DNA of 61,537 nt, counting the filler, from Diploschistes diacapsis (Eukaryota): assembly GCA_023645945.1 (NCBI GenBank). It is 5 parts of 5 records of this genome, joined end to end, with 100 filler letters (N's around TTAATTAATTAA, not from the genome) between each part and the next. Parts side by side here need not be neighbours in the genome. Positions count along the whole stretch, not along the records: positions 49,336 to 61,537 come from JALAIB010000763.1; 4 more parts are not named here. The stretch is one strand, 5' to 3'. A program made the position numbers and the translations under genes. Below the pieces are notes generated by a model. The model did no database searches, was not told where the DNA came from, and was given only the letters and a program-made list of their open reading frames with translations. Within the stretch, counting starts at the first letter, position 1. Each line of letters opens with the position of its first letter. Below, one piece after another: positions 60,795-61,537 of the stretch.

Positions 60795-61537
60795 GATAAA
60801 TCGAGCTTAGTTAGAGGATGCTTTTGGCCTCCAACAGACCTCACACAATATATATATCTAATACTCATTGTGCTGGGAGTATTGCGCGCAAAGATGTTAG
60901 CTCCAAAAATCGAGGCAGAAAACAGGAGTCAATAACGGCCGCACTTTTCTGCTTCCATTTGCCAAGCAGGAAGCAGAAACTAGCTACCATGGGTATATTA
61001 TATTACCCGACTGCCGGCGTTTCCTACGCCGCTTAAAGCCCACCTTTCGTTGTTTAACTGCGGAACTCTCCTGCAACTGCAACTAGAATACAGCATGCCA
61101 TTAGATACTCAAAAGAAAAGAGCTTTCATGCCCCGGATAATCCAGGTATATTTTAAACCTGTACAAAGTGCAGATTGCGAGATACAGGAGTAAGAGACTA
61201 AAACCATACTATAAACTTGCTGATTCGTACAGGACTTGGGATATCGACCATCTCGCTGGCCCTCCAGGAACCTCCTCTCTACACCCGTAAACACCCTCTA
61301 AAGCGTACACACGCCAAAATCCTAACCCGGTGCATAGAATCGTTAATACATTAATAAGACTATTATAAATCAGCTACCTAATCGTTGACCAGCAGCGCTT
61401 TCAAAATTGCCTCGACGGTGACCTCTTCCGCGTCTTCAAACTTGGGATCGAGATCGATTGCGAGGAAATCAACTTTCCGCCATCTTCCATGGATGCTCAG
61501 GGTTGAGCCCGGCAATGCACTCTACGAGCTGCTTCGT

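Noticed and set aside
61378..61537. Minus-strand protein-like stretch (..VDFLAIDLDPKFEDAEEVTVEAILKALLVND*) at the window end
   Set aside because: Truncated and unassignable from the available sequence.

Overview
Filamentous ascomycete (Pezizomycotina-type) genomic DNA: short GT-AG introns with CTRAY branch points, fungal NLR genes and RIP-like mutation. It is not one locus. Five segments (1-12255, 12356-24591, 24692-36918, 37019-49235, 49336-61537; 12255/12236/12227/12217/12202 bp, strictly decreasing) are joined by artificial 100-bp N44-TTAATTAATTAA-N44 spacers, so adjacency across spacers means nothing. Segment 1: decayed HeLo-like/NACHT/ankyrin NLR with a PIF/Harbinger-type MITE inside it, ArfGAP, Sft1/Bet1-like SNARE, FAD-monooxygenase pseudogene, YSC84/LSB3. 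Segment 2: acid sphingomyelinase (partial), flavin reductase-like protein, PNP_UDP-NACHT NLR that appears to have lost its repeat sensor, a conserved fungal protein, Poa1-like macrodomain. Segment 3: two abutting Fot1/pogo-type MITEs, GBD/FH3 (Rid1-like) protein, NRAMP, VPS60, SAP185/190. Segment 4: ChaC/GCG1 (5-nt micro-exon, candidate GT-GG intron), peflin, DHDPS-family aldolase, PFA4, MLH2-like MutL. Segment 5 has no housekeeping genes and is the most unusual part: RIP-ed Gypsy relic, C2H2 protein, 17-bp minisatellite, MITE, two pseudogenes, and a head-to-head pair made of an unknown protein with a duplicated Trp-rich WKHE motif and an FHA-like kinase. The kinase is bracketed by a diverged, hairpin-containing direct repeat. 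Gene spans include introns and were read by eye; family names come from recognised motifs, not database searches.
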